A stretch of DNA of 62,186 nucleotides, the filler included, from Sluysia triapertura (Eukaryota): NCBI GenBank assembly GCA_046118255.1. It is 4 parts of 4 records of this genome, joined end to end, with 100 filler letters (N's around TTAATTAATTAA, not from the genome) between each part and the next. Parts side by side here need not be neighbours in the genome. Positions count along the whole stretch, not along the records: positions 1 to 14,640 come from JBJNIA010252747.1; positions 14,741 to 37,285 come from JBJNIA010221798.1; 2 more parts are not named here. One strand, 5' to 3'. Below, piece by piece: positions 11,900 through 25,200 of this stretch. Each line of letters starts with the position of its first letter. Position 1 is the first letter of the stretch. Made by a program: the position numbers and the translations under genes. The notes below the pieces were generated by a model. The model searched no databases, was not told the DNA's origin, and saw only the letters and a program-made list of their open reading frames with translations.

Positions 11900-13041
11900 C
11901 ATTTCTCTTCTTCTTGGTTGCCTTCTGCTTCTATTTCTTGCTTCTTTATACTGATGTTCTTCGTCTTCATATTCATTTCTATAATCTTTTTGACTTTTAT
12001 GCTTACAATTTACCTGTCCCTTATTATTCTTATTGTTACTATTATCATTAAACCTTACCTTCCTATTCGGGCTTTGGTATCGTCCCCTAACCTTATTAAA
12101 ATCCTGAGTAAATACATTTTGTCTTAACTTCCTACAATCTCTTGCATAATTCCCCTTTTTATTACATTTGTCACAGATTAATTCTCCATCTATATTAGTT
12201 TGAGTCTTATTATTATTTTCATATCTTATTGGACTCTTACTTCTATTCCTATTAAAATTAGAGCTTGGTGTCCATCTCGGTGCTGGTCTTTGTTCATAAT
12301 TAAAAGTACCATAATTACTTGTTCTTTTATTCTGTAATTATTATCTCTAAAATTATTTCTGAAATTATTCGAGTTATCACTGCCTCTACTTTGGCTACTA
12401 CATCGTTCATAATTGTAATTACTGTCATTATATTCTTCATAATTCTGGGAATTACATTTATTATTATCATAATTTCTTGTTAATTTTGGGCTTTCATCTC
12501 CTTTTTCTTCATTATCGCTTATATAATCAACATCATTATTATTCTTTTTATACTTAATTGAGCGTTCTATACTTCTTAGTTCCTTATTTACTTCTTTAAA
12601 GGGTTTTCCTTCTATTAAGATAACATTTGTTATTAATTCAGGTCGTAATCCAGTTTTTAATTTGCCTATTAATGTTATTTCTTTTTTATCTTCAGGGATT
12701 TTGGCTCTAGCAACAAGTCTTTTAAGAGCACAAGCATATTCATATACAGATTCATTTGGTTTTTGTATACTGGTATTTAGCATTTTAGCATAATATTTAC
12801 CCATGTAATCAAGAGCTATTTCTTCTATAAATGCATGAACAAATTCATTCCATGTTTGTTTATTATTATTGCTTATTTCTTTATAAGTCTGGATAGCCAC
12901 TCCAGTTAGATAATTTTGGATCCGTTTTATTTTTTCGGCTTCATTCCAGCCGTTTGTTTCTGCTATGCTTTCATATTCAAATAAGAAATCGCAGAGATAT
13001 TCCTCTGCTCCGTCAAATTTGTTCATTTCAGGTAAAGACAT
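11900..13041 (-). pseudogene. gag: Gypsy gag with degenerate zinc knuckle
   Basis: FDG..FLFEYESIAETNGW..YLTGVAIQ..QKPNESVYEY..GLRPEL; CDKCNKKGNYARDC at 12175-12134 (CX2CX4[H>N]X4C); R/S-rich tail. Confidence 0.9.
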
Positions 13042-13371
13042 TATTGGAATGAAAAAATATTCTCTGGCATTTCTCTGGCTAAATGTACCATATATTCCTT
13101 AAATTCATTAGGTAAAACCCTATAATTCCTTAATTTTGATCTGTAATCTTCAAAAAGTACAATTTTCTTATCTATTACTTACTTAATCTATTAATAATCT
13201 TATTCTTAACGAAATCTTGATACGATTATTCTAAAAATTCTTAAATCTTAATATTAATTCTCAAATTCTTCTTTAATTAATCTTTAAATTCTTCTTAAAT
13301 ACTTAATTCTTATGTCAATACTCCTCCAAAATCTTCTTAATTACTTAATCTTTATATTTATTTCAATACTG

Positions 13372-13390
13372 CTCCTCATTCTGGGCACCA
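13372..13390 (-). promoter_or_regulatory. Primer-binding site, elongator tRNA-Met-like
   Basis: TGGTGCCCAGAATGAGGAG resembles the reverse complement of the animal tRNA-Met(e) 3' end (TGGTGCCCCGTGTGAGG); ~350 nt upstream of gag and 10 nt after a candidate LTR end ...TTCCACA (13401). Confidence 0.6.
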
Positions 13391-14486
13391 GATTATTCTA
13401 TGTGGAAAATTTACTTAGAATAAAAGGAAGTACTTATTGTGAATTCACCAAGGTACTAGACCAGCAGTTGGATTTTGGTAAATTAAAAGAAAGTCTCAAA
13501 AACCTTTAGCTATCTGTAGACAAATGAAATTTATTTACAAGAATTAATACTAATAATCGAATTTATAAAAAGATTTTTCGTTGATTCCTCTGTATGGAAT
13601 TTTTAAAAGTTATTTTGCGTACCTAGAGGTAAATTCTAGCAGTTGAAGCATAAAGGACGACGGATTTTATGGTTGAAGCTATAATATAATTTATTCTTGA
13701 AAATTTTGTATAGCAATACAATAATAATATAAATGTCTAATTTATGTAAATTAACTGTATAAGTTAATTTCCCATTAAGAAATTTTAAAAATAATATTTT
13801 GCGTATAGATCTTTGAAAATATCCAACAGTTAAATAAAAGAATTTAAGTAAGATTTTTCGTATGATACTATATTTACCTTAAAAATAATTAAACTAACGT
13901 GGTTTAGAATAAGTTTTTAATCGTCTAATAATCTTCAAGTCGTATCGATCTGCCAAAATCTACTAAATTCGAGATTGCGTCTCTGAAAGAGTTGTAATTG
14001 AAAAATTATATTTTTAAAAAGTGTGACCGAATTGAAACAAAATTTTATAAACAACGTTAATTAGCTATAAAGTGTGGAGGGCGACACCAATCTGTACTTT
14101 TTAATTTTACGTGGCTTTACTTTAGTTGAACGAAACTTAATTAAAACCAAATTTTTTTTATCTATTTTGTTAATATTTACGAAAATGAGCTTAAGGCTCA
14201 GATTTATTAGAAATAAACAAATAATTAGAGTATATAACAACATAACAAGATCAAACAACTTGATGTTATTTACAAAAAAATATATTAAAAATAATTCATT
14301 TAAATATAAAATAAACAATGAACGAATAGAATTATCAACATTTAACATATCATGTATACCTTGGATAACATAGTCTATGAGTTCTTCTTTTTCTCCTTTA
14401 TCTCCATCGTTCAGACTTCCATCGAAAGAATCATCAGCCATGGTTAAAACGACGTCGTAAAATACCCATTTTAAAATTCTCATAAA

Positions 14487-14640
14487 ATAAAATGTTAAAT
14501 AGACGAGGAAAACACCAAATGTAATTGATAATTGATGATGTGCTGTAATTGTACAACCAATTGACGTTGGAGAAATTTCTGCCAAAAATACTGGTGCTAT
14601 AATAATCATCATCGCAGTATTTAAACATAATATAGAACGA
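14487..14640 (-). pseudogene. MFS sugar-transporter (GLUT-like) fragment
   Basis: APVFLAEISPTSIGCTITAHHQLSITFGVFL resembles the sugar-porter motif PxYxxEIsP..RG....QL.I..G; cut by the contig end. Confidence 0.6.
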
Positions 14641-14740
14641 NNNNNNNNNNNNNNNNNNNNNNNNNNNNNNNNNNNNNNNNNNNNTTAATTAATTAANNNN
14701 NNNNNNNNNNNNNNNNNNNNNNNNNNNNNNNNNNNNNNNN
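14641..14740. other. Artificial contig-joining spacer N44-TTAATTAATTAA-N44 (also 37286-37385 and 50371-50470)
   Basis: Identical 100-nt design with stops in all six frames; 21708-21851 is an ordinary N gap. Confidence 0.95.
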
Positions 14741-14767
14741 GTATGAAAAAGTTGATTTTATATTTAC

Positions 14768-15083
14768 ACAACCCTTTTATTAAGGTGTTGTTTCAAAAAA
14801 TGAATTTAATATTTTATCTAATTGTGACAAAAATCCTTTTATTTACTTAAAATCTATTAAAAACAAATTAAATCTTCTGGAAGTTTTATTATTAAAAAAC
14901 GTTTCACCAATAATTACAAAAAAGTAAAATTATAATAATAATAAAAATTTTAAGCTAGATTCAACCTTGTGTTGATCGCTATTTTATTTTAAAATTAAAT
15001 TACGCGACCCTATAATTAAGGTGTCGCAAAAATTATTATCAGATTTTAGGTTAGATTTTAAATATCCCACTTAGGGTGATATT
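14768..15083. repeat. Array of bulged stem-loops (stem-C-CC-loop-GG-T-G-stem)
   Basis: Copies at 14768-14791, 14961-14975 (short), 15004-15027, 15061-15083; more at 50330-50351, 50473-50496 and 62127-62150. Confidence 0.75.
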
Positions 15084-16271
15084 ATGAAACTTATAGTATA
15101 AAAAATTACTTGTTTGACATGGAATGCATTTAAGAATAATTCGTCTTCTTTTAATATAAATTTCTTCTGAGACTTAAATTTTCTTCTTGAACTAAATCTT
15201 TACACAATTCTAAAATATTGTTTCGCTAAATCTTCACAAAATTCTATCTATTCTTCTTGAATAATTTTCTTCACAAAAATCTATCTAAAAATTTGTTGTT
15301 ATAAATCAAAAATTCCTACCTATTTATAATGAATTATGTTCAAAATGGATTCCAATGATTTAAACAAATAAAATGAATATTGATGGATTTAAACAAATTT
15401 TATATTAAATAAAATTAATTAAATTTTATAAATTGATAAAATTATTTCAATTATTTATTAAAAATAAATATTTATTTAATTATTATTATTTATTAAAGAT
15501 TATTTTACAAGATTTAAATTATTTAAATATTTACAAAATTAGTTAATTTTAAAATTATTTAAATATTTACAAAATTAGTTATTTAATTAATTTTAACTTA
15601 TTTTAACTTTATAATAATTATATTGATTTTAAAGATAACACAAAAAACATAAATAAACACAAAAACATAAATATTTTTTACATAACAATAAAAATTTATA
15701 ATAATAAAAAATTATTATATAATTGGATAATCATAAATTAAGCCATTGAGGATGTTCAAATAATTAAAATAATTTGGTTTCAAAGCCATTTTTGTGCACA
15801 ACGTTTTCAGCTACGCTGATGTGCATGCAATTAGTTAAAACTGAATCAAGTAAACACTACAACCGAGCCAATAAATATAGAAGCCCATAAAAACTGTCAA
15901 AATAAGAAAAGGGATAATAAAAAAAACTCGATTAGAATTTATAGAAATTTAATTGTTGTATTATATTGTTATATATATTTAATTTTAAGTTTTACAGATT
16001 TAGTGCTGAACTGTTTAGATATTTAAATGATTGTGTATTTATTTAATGTCTTGTGTTGTACATGTGGCATTTTGTTTATTGATTACAATTTGAAATAATG
16101 TCAAAATTATTTTAAAAATAGGAATCAATATATAACTATAATTTAGATTGTTTTACTTAATCATTTATTAAATTTTTTATCATACTATTAAACACATAAT
16201 TTAAGTTTTTACGATATTTTAGAATTTAATTCATATTAAAATAATTTGATTTCGTATTTTTTCGGTAACCA

Positions 16272-19200
16272 ATGCATTTTTTTAAAACTTCAAAGCCAAA
16301 ACATGAAGAAGTGTTTAAAAATGTAACAGAACGTCTCAACAGTTTGTATAATAATAAATTACTATCTCTGGAAAAGCAGTATAAATTTCACGAATTTCAT
16401 TCATCATCATTAGAAAGTGGTGATTTTGAATGTAAACCAATGGTTCTATTATTGGGTCAATATTCAACTGGAAAAACTACATTTATTCGTTACCTTCTGG
16501 AACAAGACTTTCCAGGTATTCGTATTGGGCCAGAGCCAACTACAGATAAATTTATAGCAATTATGTATGACGAAAAAAGTGGAGTAGTACCTGGAAATGC
16601 TTTAGTAGTAGATCCCAAAAAACCATTTAGACCATTATCAAAATTTGGAAATAATTTTCTTAATAGGTTTATTTTGGAAATTTATAAATATTTTCTTTTA
16701 GATTTCAGTGTTCGTTATTAAATAATCCAGTACTTAAATCTGTAACAATTATAGACACTCCAGGTATTTTAAGTGGTGAAAAACAACGATTAGACCGTGG
16801 TTATAATTTTCCGGAAGTTGTTGAATGGTTTGCCGAACGTGTTGATAGAATTATTTTATTATTCGATGCGCATAAATTGGATATATCAGATGAATTTAGA
16901 CGTGTTATTGAAATGCTAAAGGTAATTTAATTCGTCATTTGTTTTTTTATTAAATAATCATTAAATTAATGAAATAATTCCTATATTGATGTGTTTTTGG
17001 ATACAAAGTACATTCTTCGACAAAATTTGAAACACAATTATGTGTGTTGCGAAAAATGTTTGTAGGATATTTGAAATTTTATAAAAAAGTAAATTTATGT
17101 AAATTAATTGCGTAAGTCAAGTTTTTTTCATTTTGTGCATTAAAATGATTTGTTTTTAATATTAATATTTTATTTAAATGAGTGATTGTAAGAGAATTCG
17201 ATAACATTCATTATAAAAGGCGCTAAATTTGATTTATATATATAAAGTACATTTATACTAAGTAAATATATTAAGTATATTTAAACATTAATCCATTTAG
17301 TTAAGTGTTTTATAAATAAAAACTAATGTTAAATTATTTTTTAATCGTTCATAATCTTAAATAAGAAGAATTACGTTTAATATCAGGGTTGGCCAAGCTC
17401 CTCGATAGTCCGAGCCATTTTTCAAATTTTGAAATTTTTCGCAATTAAATACGCATTAAAAAGGTACGCAAAAAGGTATTAAAACATTTTTTCCGACAGA
17501 AATGAAATTTGTTACAACGTCTTTCAGATTTGTCAGAATTTAAAGGACATTTTGAAACACATAGTAACACAAAAATGAAAAGAAAAGTCGGGTAAATTTA
17601 TCGAGAGAGCCACAAATAATCTTTCAAAGAGCCGCAGTTTGTCAACCCTGTCTTAGGATTTATCGATCAATTAAATAAATTATGAAAAAAACAATTTAAA
17701 TTAAATAAAATAACCTCAAAATAAAAATACCGTTTAAAAAATTGGAAAATTTAGAAATGTAAACTCCGAAAACACAAACAACGATCAAACTACTATCCAT
17801 AAGGCATCCATTATTATTACACCGAGCACAAGAAAAGTTAATGTCTCAGTTGATGACATAGGGAAAGAATAATCCAAAAAACACTTGAAGAATATTCTAC
17901 TAAGTCAATCAGTGTAATGTGTGGTAGACCATGCAAAACAGTTAATGCAATAGTACAAAGATATTTAAACCGGGAAAACGTGGAGGTGATAGAAGATCTA
18001 AACTTACGCTCGAAGTGAAAGAGCAAATATTAACAAAAGTGGATCAAGAGTGTACATTGACACTAAAAAATCTAGAACTATATGTGTCTGAAACGTTTGG
18101 TATCAATGTATCTTTGAATACTCAAGAGTAGTTCCAGAAACAATCGAATAGAGGATGTTATATTCGATTTAGTAGGAATAAATCGAAAAATTTAGTTTCA
18201 TATTTTAAGTTGATTGTAATTGATTGCAAAGTTTATTTAATTGATCGATTGCATTTAAATATTACGTAATATAAATGATAGAGGAGTAACGAATTTTGTT
18301 TTCAAAATGTGACAAAATATCTCAGTAATTTCTGAAAAAATGTCACTATTTTCTTGCCGTAGTTTTCAAATTATCAATATCTATGTTGTTCATGTTTTTT
18401 CTTTTTTCTGGTGGATTGGAACCATAAAGCTCAGAAATGACTTATTATTATTTTCTATTATATTATTATTTAATATTATTTTCTATCGGACATGACTTTC
18501 GTTCCAAACATATAGTATAAAACGATGTAATAATAGACTGTACAAGGGTCCATTGTAATTTTAAAGAAATGGTAGGCTCCTAATGATTTTGTTTTAAATT
18601 TTGTATTATTACTTTATGTGAAAAATATTTAAAATAATCAATTCTTATTCATCTTAGATTTATTTGTAAACTTTTAGAAAACCTTCATGATATCAAATAC
18701 CATTAGTAAAGTGTTGTAGTCCATGAAATGAGGAAATTTATCTCGTTTCTATTATTAAAGAGGTTGTTTAACGTCTCATTCTACTATACGAAAACACATT
18801 TGTTTAAGGTCTATGAAAAACTTAATAACTGTGTTACAAGGTCATGTTTGATTGGTTAACAAAGAAAATTTTATTTTAAGTAATTAATATTTAAGTTTCG
18901 AATGTTACCGAAAATATCTTCGGTAAAAACAATTTCAAATATTAAAAGATATGGTGGCATTAGTTCTGAACTCGTCTTTGTTGGTAGAAATTGAAATTGA
19001 AATTGAAATTTTAACAGTTAGAATAAGTCAGTCTCAAATCTATATACTCAGAAATAAATTAAACATTTGACAGACAGAATATAAACAAATAAATCAAATC
19101 GAATAAATACTACATTTATACCTTATTTCGCAAGTTTTTTCTGATTATTTTAGGTTGTAATTTAGTTATTGTACTTTATATTAAAGTTATTTTGAGATGT

Positions 19201-22200
19201 CAGCATAATTCCAATTTATTTTTCACAGACATACTATGACCAATACATTTTTCGATTTCATTCTATATATGGTAACTGTTCTATAGTTAAAATCATACAA
19301 TATGATAATATAGCCAATTTCTTCTATTTGTTAATTTTTGTTTATTCTTCATATACATTCAATTTGTAATTATGTTTTGGTTTGTATTCGTTTTATCGTT
19401 CTCAAAATGCATCTTTTTATGACAAGCTTTTCGAACTTTAGATTTCTTCATTTCAAAAAATTTATAATCAGAAATTATGTAATAGTGTCACATAATTTCG
19501 TTGTTTATATATATTATTCTTCCTTGTTCACAACTACTCAATTTCCACGACATAATATCTTCTCTACAATAATGAAAATAATAATGATCTCTGTAATGGA
19601 AAATTGTCTTTGAATAAAATATGCACACGACAAATACCCACAGACAATTGCTCACATGGAAAAGTTGTATTTCAAACAAAATGCATCGATTATTCGACAA
19701 AAAATTATAAAAGTTTCAAAAATAATCTATTGTAGTATGAAGACGAATTAAATTGAAATATTTTTACTGAATATAATATGTAATTCTTCATAATAATTTG
19801 CTCTTAATTAATCGATGTGGTACAAGATACGTACAGGATTCGTACTTGTAATAAATTATTTTAAAAGTAAATATAAATTAAAAACAAAATATATATGTTA
19901 TATATCTAAACAAAATAAAAAATAATTGTAAGTTATTATTATTATTGTAAATTAGTCATTTTTCGCAAATATCGCATTTTATTTTCTATATTATCATAAT
20001 TTTCGACGTGAGGGGTCACAACCGAATGCGAACATTCGCAAATGTTAGGGTATGGCAAGCCAAATATTTTTTAATTCGTCAAGAGGACGACTACCATGAA
20101 ATAATGAATTTAAAACATTGTACATCTCTCACTGCCACTTGTTGTTTGGGATGGCTTTGATTCCAAATTTGATTAGGAATAGAAGACTTCTTCATGTTAG
20201 TACTTCATTGAAACTTTTTTCATCGGGAAATGCAGTTGATGGTTGATCAAAAACTCGAAGTACACTAACTGGTGGAACAAAAGGCAATGCTGCAAGAAAT
20301 TTTAATTTTAATTGCGTATCAATGCTACTTTCGAATTGTATTTTTTAAACAAACGCTAGGCAATACAATCCTAGTCAGTGTTTTGAGGTGATAGATTAAG
20401 AATTAAAAGCTTTAAGATGTAAAAACATTCGTGAATATGTTTATCTTTCGTGATAAAAATTACGTACATGATGGATAAACATTGCCGAATGATCATCTAT
20501 TTAAAATTGATTATAATTGATTATAATTTGATTATAAACAAATCTGTATCAAAATAAAAATCAGATAAAAAGGAATAATAATAAAAGTTAGTATACCTTT
20601 ATATTTGCTGGATAAGAGAATAACTTACGAAATGTAATTGTATCGATCAGTGCATTGAATTGAATTCGAAATTCGTAATTTATGTTTGAAGACATTATTG
20701 AATGAGCATCATGACCTCTAAATTACTCACAAACCAATGACAAGATTATATACTCATCATTTTGTCCAACAATGAAGAATTTATCACTAAGATTGATAAT
20801 GTATTATCAGATTGGCCTTTAGTTATATGATTAAACATATAACGGCGATTATACTTATAACTAATAATAAAATGAATTTTCAGGTACGCTTTTAAATCGT
20901 GTACTTCATCATCATTATGATCAACATTCATGGAATCAGCAATTGAAACGCTGTTATAGTGGAGTATTTATTATTTCTATTATCGGTAAGACCTACTGTG
21001 GGGATTGAATCGTATATTGATAATCGATTGTGACGGTGCGTAACGCACTTGGAGAAATAAGAGCTCTTGGTAGCAGTAGTTAAATCATGATCGGTATCTG
21101 AATTATTAACGAGATTACCGTGCGTGTTTGACATCTTTTCCACCGAATGTTGTGATTATAAGGTAAGAAGCGTGATCTTGTAAGTGCTTGAACAATTCAA
21201 ATCATAATATCTAATTAATGTTGTAGTATTACTTGGAACTTCTGTCTCTAATCTTCAACAGATTTTGTATCTAATGATTGACAGAAACGGGAACTTTTAT
21301 TATCACTTAGTTCAGAAATAAACATTGCATCTTTAACTTAATTAGTTTGGTAAAAATGATTTTTATTGATAATAGAATATTATAACTAAAATTGCGGTCA
21401 AATATCGCGATTAAATTTATGTAAAAATTGAAACTGCATGTTGTGATTAAAAATGTTGTGGTTAAGAATATTGTGCCAATTAATTTTGCTAACTTTATGT
21501 AACCAACTGTTTTGTTGCTAGCACCAATCAATATAAAATTTTTATGAATGAAAAGTGGTCAAGTAATGACAGGAATTAAATTAAATAGATAATAAAAACT
21601 GTGAAAATTGACAGTGCAATAATTAAATGATAAAAATAATAATTAAAATAGTGATAATCATAATAATGATAATAATAAAAATGTAATAATAATCATAATG
21701 AAAATGTNNNNNNNNNNNNNNNNNNNNNNNNNNNNNNNNNNNNNNNNNNNNNNNNNNNNNNNNNNNNNNNNNNNNNNNNNNNNNNNNNNNNNNNNNNNNN
21801 NNNNNNNNNNNNNNNNNNNNNNNNNNNNNNNNNNNNNNNNNNNNNNNNNNNNGCTAATAATAAAATAAATATTAAAATAAAAATAAAAGTACGCATACAT
21901 ATTTGTCTTGTAACATATCAATTTCTTAAAAGAAAGCTTGTTGTGGTTGTTTTCTCCAACAACTTCATCTATAACAAGTAAATGACATCCTTCATCTGAT
22001 GTGCGATATGTGCTTCTCTTTAACTTCTTCATTTTGCATTCTTTTCTGATGCATGTCTCAGATGCATGTGGAAAACTTCCTTTTAGATCTCTAATGACAT
22101 TTTCTTGAAACAGATTTAAGTGAATTGGAAACAGTGATAATCGATGTGGTGGACTAAGTGTGATTCTGGAAGACGATGTATTATTCTTTGGCAAAAGCCA

Positions 22201-25200
22201 ACCATCCGAATTAGTATGTTGGCATGAGTTTTTATCGAGAGGTTCGTTTTGAATGACAAATATTACATAATGATAGAAGAAAGAAAGATAAAAATAAAAA
22301 AGTTATGAAAGAGAGTTGGGAGATAATTAATGAAATTAAAGGTGTTAAGAGAAATTCCCTTTCGTATATTGTTATTTTGAAATTAAAATTACAAATTTGA
22401 TGATTTTTGATGTAATGAATGCTTTAGATGTTGTAAAAGTATGATTTTTAGTGTAGTGTGGTGTATTAAAATTTTGTGTGAAGAAGATGGCCACCACAGA
22501 GGACGCTTTTTCTAAGATTGATTCTTCAGCTCTCAATTTCACATTGTCATGCAACCTCTCCACAACCTGCAGTAATCCCCAGCTCGGGTTCCGCTTGAAT
22601 TCATTTATATCTTGTTTAAAATCTGATATTTCGATCAAATAATCGATTTGTTTGCTTGCATATTACGAACTGTAACTTCATGCAAATCTTCGTTACCAAC
22701 TATCATTGTTTTGAATACATTATTGTCAGCATTTTTTGCTGTTCTAACAAGTTTTTAAAATTATTTAATATTTTTTGTTTTAAAAAAAGTGAAAATCAAA
22801 ATAAAATTAAAAAAAATAATACTTATAATAATAACAAAAACATGTAATATAATATAATATAATTAGTATTAAGATTACTGCTAAGGTTAGTTGTAGTAGT
22901 GGTAGTATTACATGCATGAGACAATTGAAACACTTTGTACTAAAGTACAATAATAGTGAGATGATGGAAATGACATTGTCTTTTAGTGATAATGATGATG
23001 AAAACTGGGATTGTGGTAAAATAAAACTTATTTAATTTATTTTGATGTAATAAAATGATAATGCGTATGGATGGATGAAAACAAAATTACCAGAGATACT
23101 GGGACACATCAATCCCTCTGTGAGAAGCGGAGCTGGTCTAATGTTGTGACCCAGTATTAGGAATAAGAGTTCCATTTTTGCGTGATACAGGAGGTTGATT
23201 TATTTGGTTCTTTTTGATGATTTCAGTTTTGATACACCAGTTGATATCAACGATGGCTGTATTGTTTACGGGGTTGAATTTTTTTAACTCGATATGATCC
23301 GGTATTCCTTGGCTGTAAATGAAGTTCGCTTTTCAATGGATGCCCAAACGAATGGGCTCTCATGAATAAGAAAGTAATTTTCCCTCTGAGCTTTAATTAA
23401 CTACTTTTGAATCAAAAAATAAATCTTACAACCTGTTCTAAGCTAAAATTTGAATTTATTTATTTTCAAAATTCAAAGAGCAACTTGTTGGAGTTGTCTG
23501 AAATCAGATCGTCATTTACACAATGTGTTTTCGGTTCTTTTATGTTCAAAATCGACCTAGTTCACTTTCTATCATAATTAACCGATTATCATGTATAATT
23601 TTTAAAACAATATTATATTACTTATTGTTGTCATATCTAGAGATTTGAAACTAATGTATGACTTATCTTCAAATATAAAGCTAATTTTAAAAATGAAACA
23701 GTATTTTTACACCTTAAATATTCAAAATTTTAATAAATATTGAAGAATGTGTAATATATATATCAAAAATATTATTGTTATTTATTTCAACGGTACAATC
23801 CATTATATTATATAAGTTAATTTTAATTTTTTTATTTATTGATTTCTTGTTTATTATGTTTCTAATAGAGGACTTTATTATTATTGTATGTTATTATTAA
23901 TGTTATCATCATTAATCATATGTTATAACACGATCGCAATTTTCTTGGTTTTTAAACAAATTTTACATGATTATGACGACTGTCCAATCACAGTGTGTTT
24001 TTTTAAACTTCACTAAAAATATAATTTTTATACAAAGTGCCAAATATTTAAACAAAAATAGTAAAAAGATAAAAATTACAAAAATCATATTAATTCGTTC
24101 TGAAACTCCAATTTAATATAATGATAAAAAGATATAATGCGAAGAGTTTAAAGGTGCTTCTCGGAATGGTGTTGATGAGAATGAGGGAGACAATTGCTAA
24201 TGATTTTATTGTAAGTTTTAAGATGAGATGATGAAGTGTAGAATGAATTTTATGTAAATTTATGAGTTTGGGTGATAGGAAAAGTACCAAAACTAAATAC
24301 TATTATTACAATTCAGGGTTACGAAGAGAAAATTCGTATTGTTCTTAACAAATCTGATATGGTTGATAGTCAGCAATTGATGCGTGTCTACGGAGCACTG
24401 ATGTGGAGTCTGGGAAGAGTACTTTATACACCAGAAGTTGCTCGTGTTTTTATTGGCTCATTCTGGGACCAAACGTTACATTACGATACAAATCGAAAAT
24501 TGTTTGAATTGGAAGAAAAAGATTTATTTGATGATTTACAAGAATTACCGCGCAATTCTGCTCTAAGGAAATTGAATGATTTAATACGTCGAGCTCGTCT
24601 GGCAAAGGTAAATTAGATATAATTTCAAAATTTTCAATTTATTGATTTTCTGTAAGATCAGTTTATCGATTACACTTAGGGGCAGTTTTGAAAAGTATTA
24701 TGGAAAATAAACATTTACGAATAAACATTTTATCCGAATTCCTTATTCGGATCTTTTCCATTGTAGTTTTTCAATGATAAATACATTTTAAAAATAGACA
24801 ACTGGCTTCATATCCTTCATATCATTTAATCACGAGTTTGAGTGATAGGAATGGAATGTTATTAACCCGAGTCTTATTTTGATAGGATATTAATATGATT
24901 GTGACTTGTGCAATAATTGATAATGCATTTCATTCTTGTTATATATTTATAGAAACATTATTGATGCAAATTAAAATCGCTTTCCATAATTTCCTGAATA
25001 TTCGAATATATTAGACAAAAATCTTTATAAATTTTATAACTTTTACAAATCTTGAGAGTAATTCATTATCGATCTTTCTCGAATATGATTATGATTCGAA
25101 TTTTATTTTATTTTATTTTATTTCCATTGAATCATCCTCTACAGGTCCTATTTAATTTCAGCGAAAACACAAAATTTTCACAAAATTAAACGCCTGACTC

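Larger units (their letters stand above)
5850..13400 (-). mobile_element. Decayed Ty3/Gypsy LTR retrotransposon internal region with env-like and Bcl-2-like domains between gag and pol; integrase not seen
   Basis: Order on minus strand: PBS, gag, CCHC, acidic linker, Bcl-2-like, glycoprotein, protease DTGA, RT, RNase H. Confidence 0.9.

Noticed and set aside
14685-14696. TTAATTAATTAA palindrome inside N runs (three times)
   Set aside because: Assembly linker, not biology; no synteny is inferred across it.
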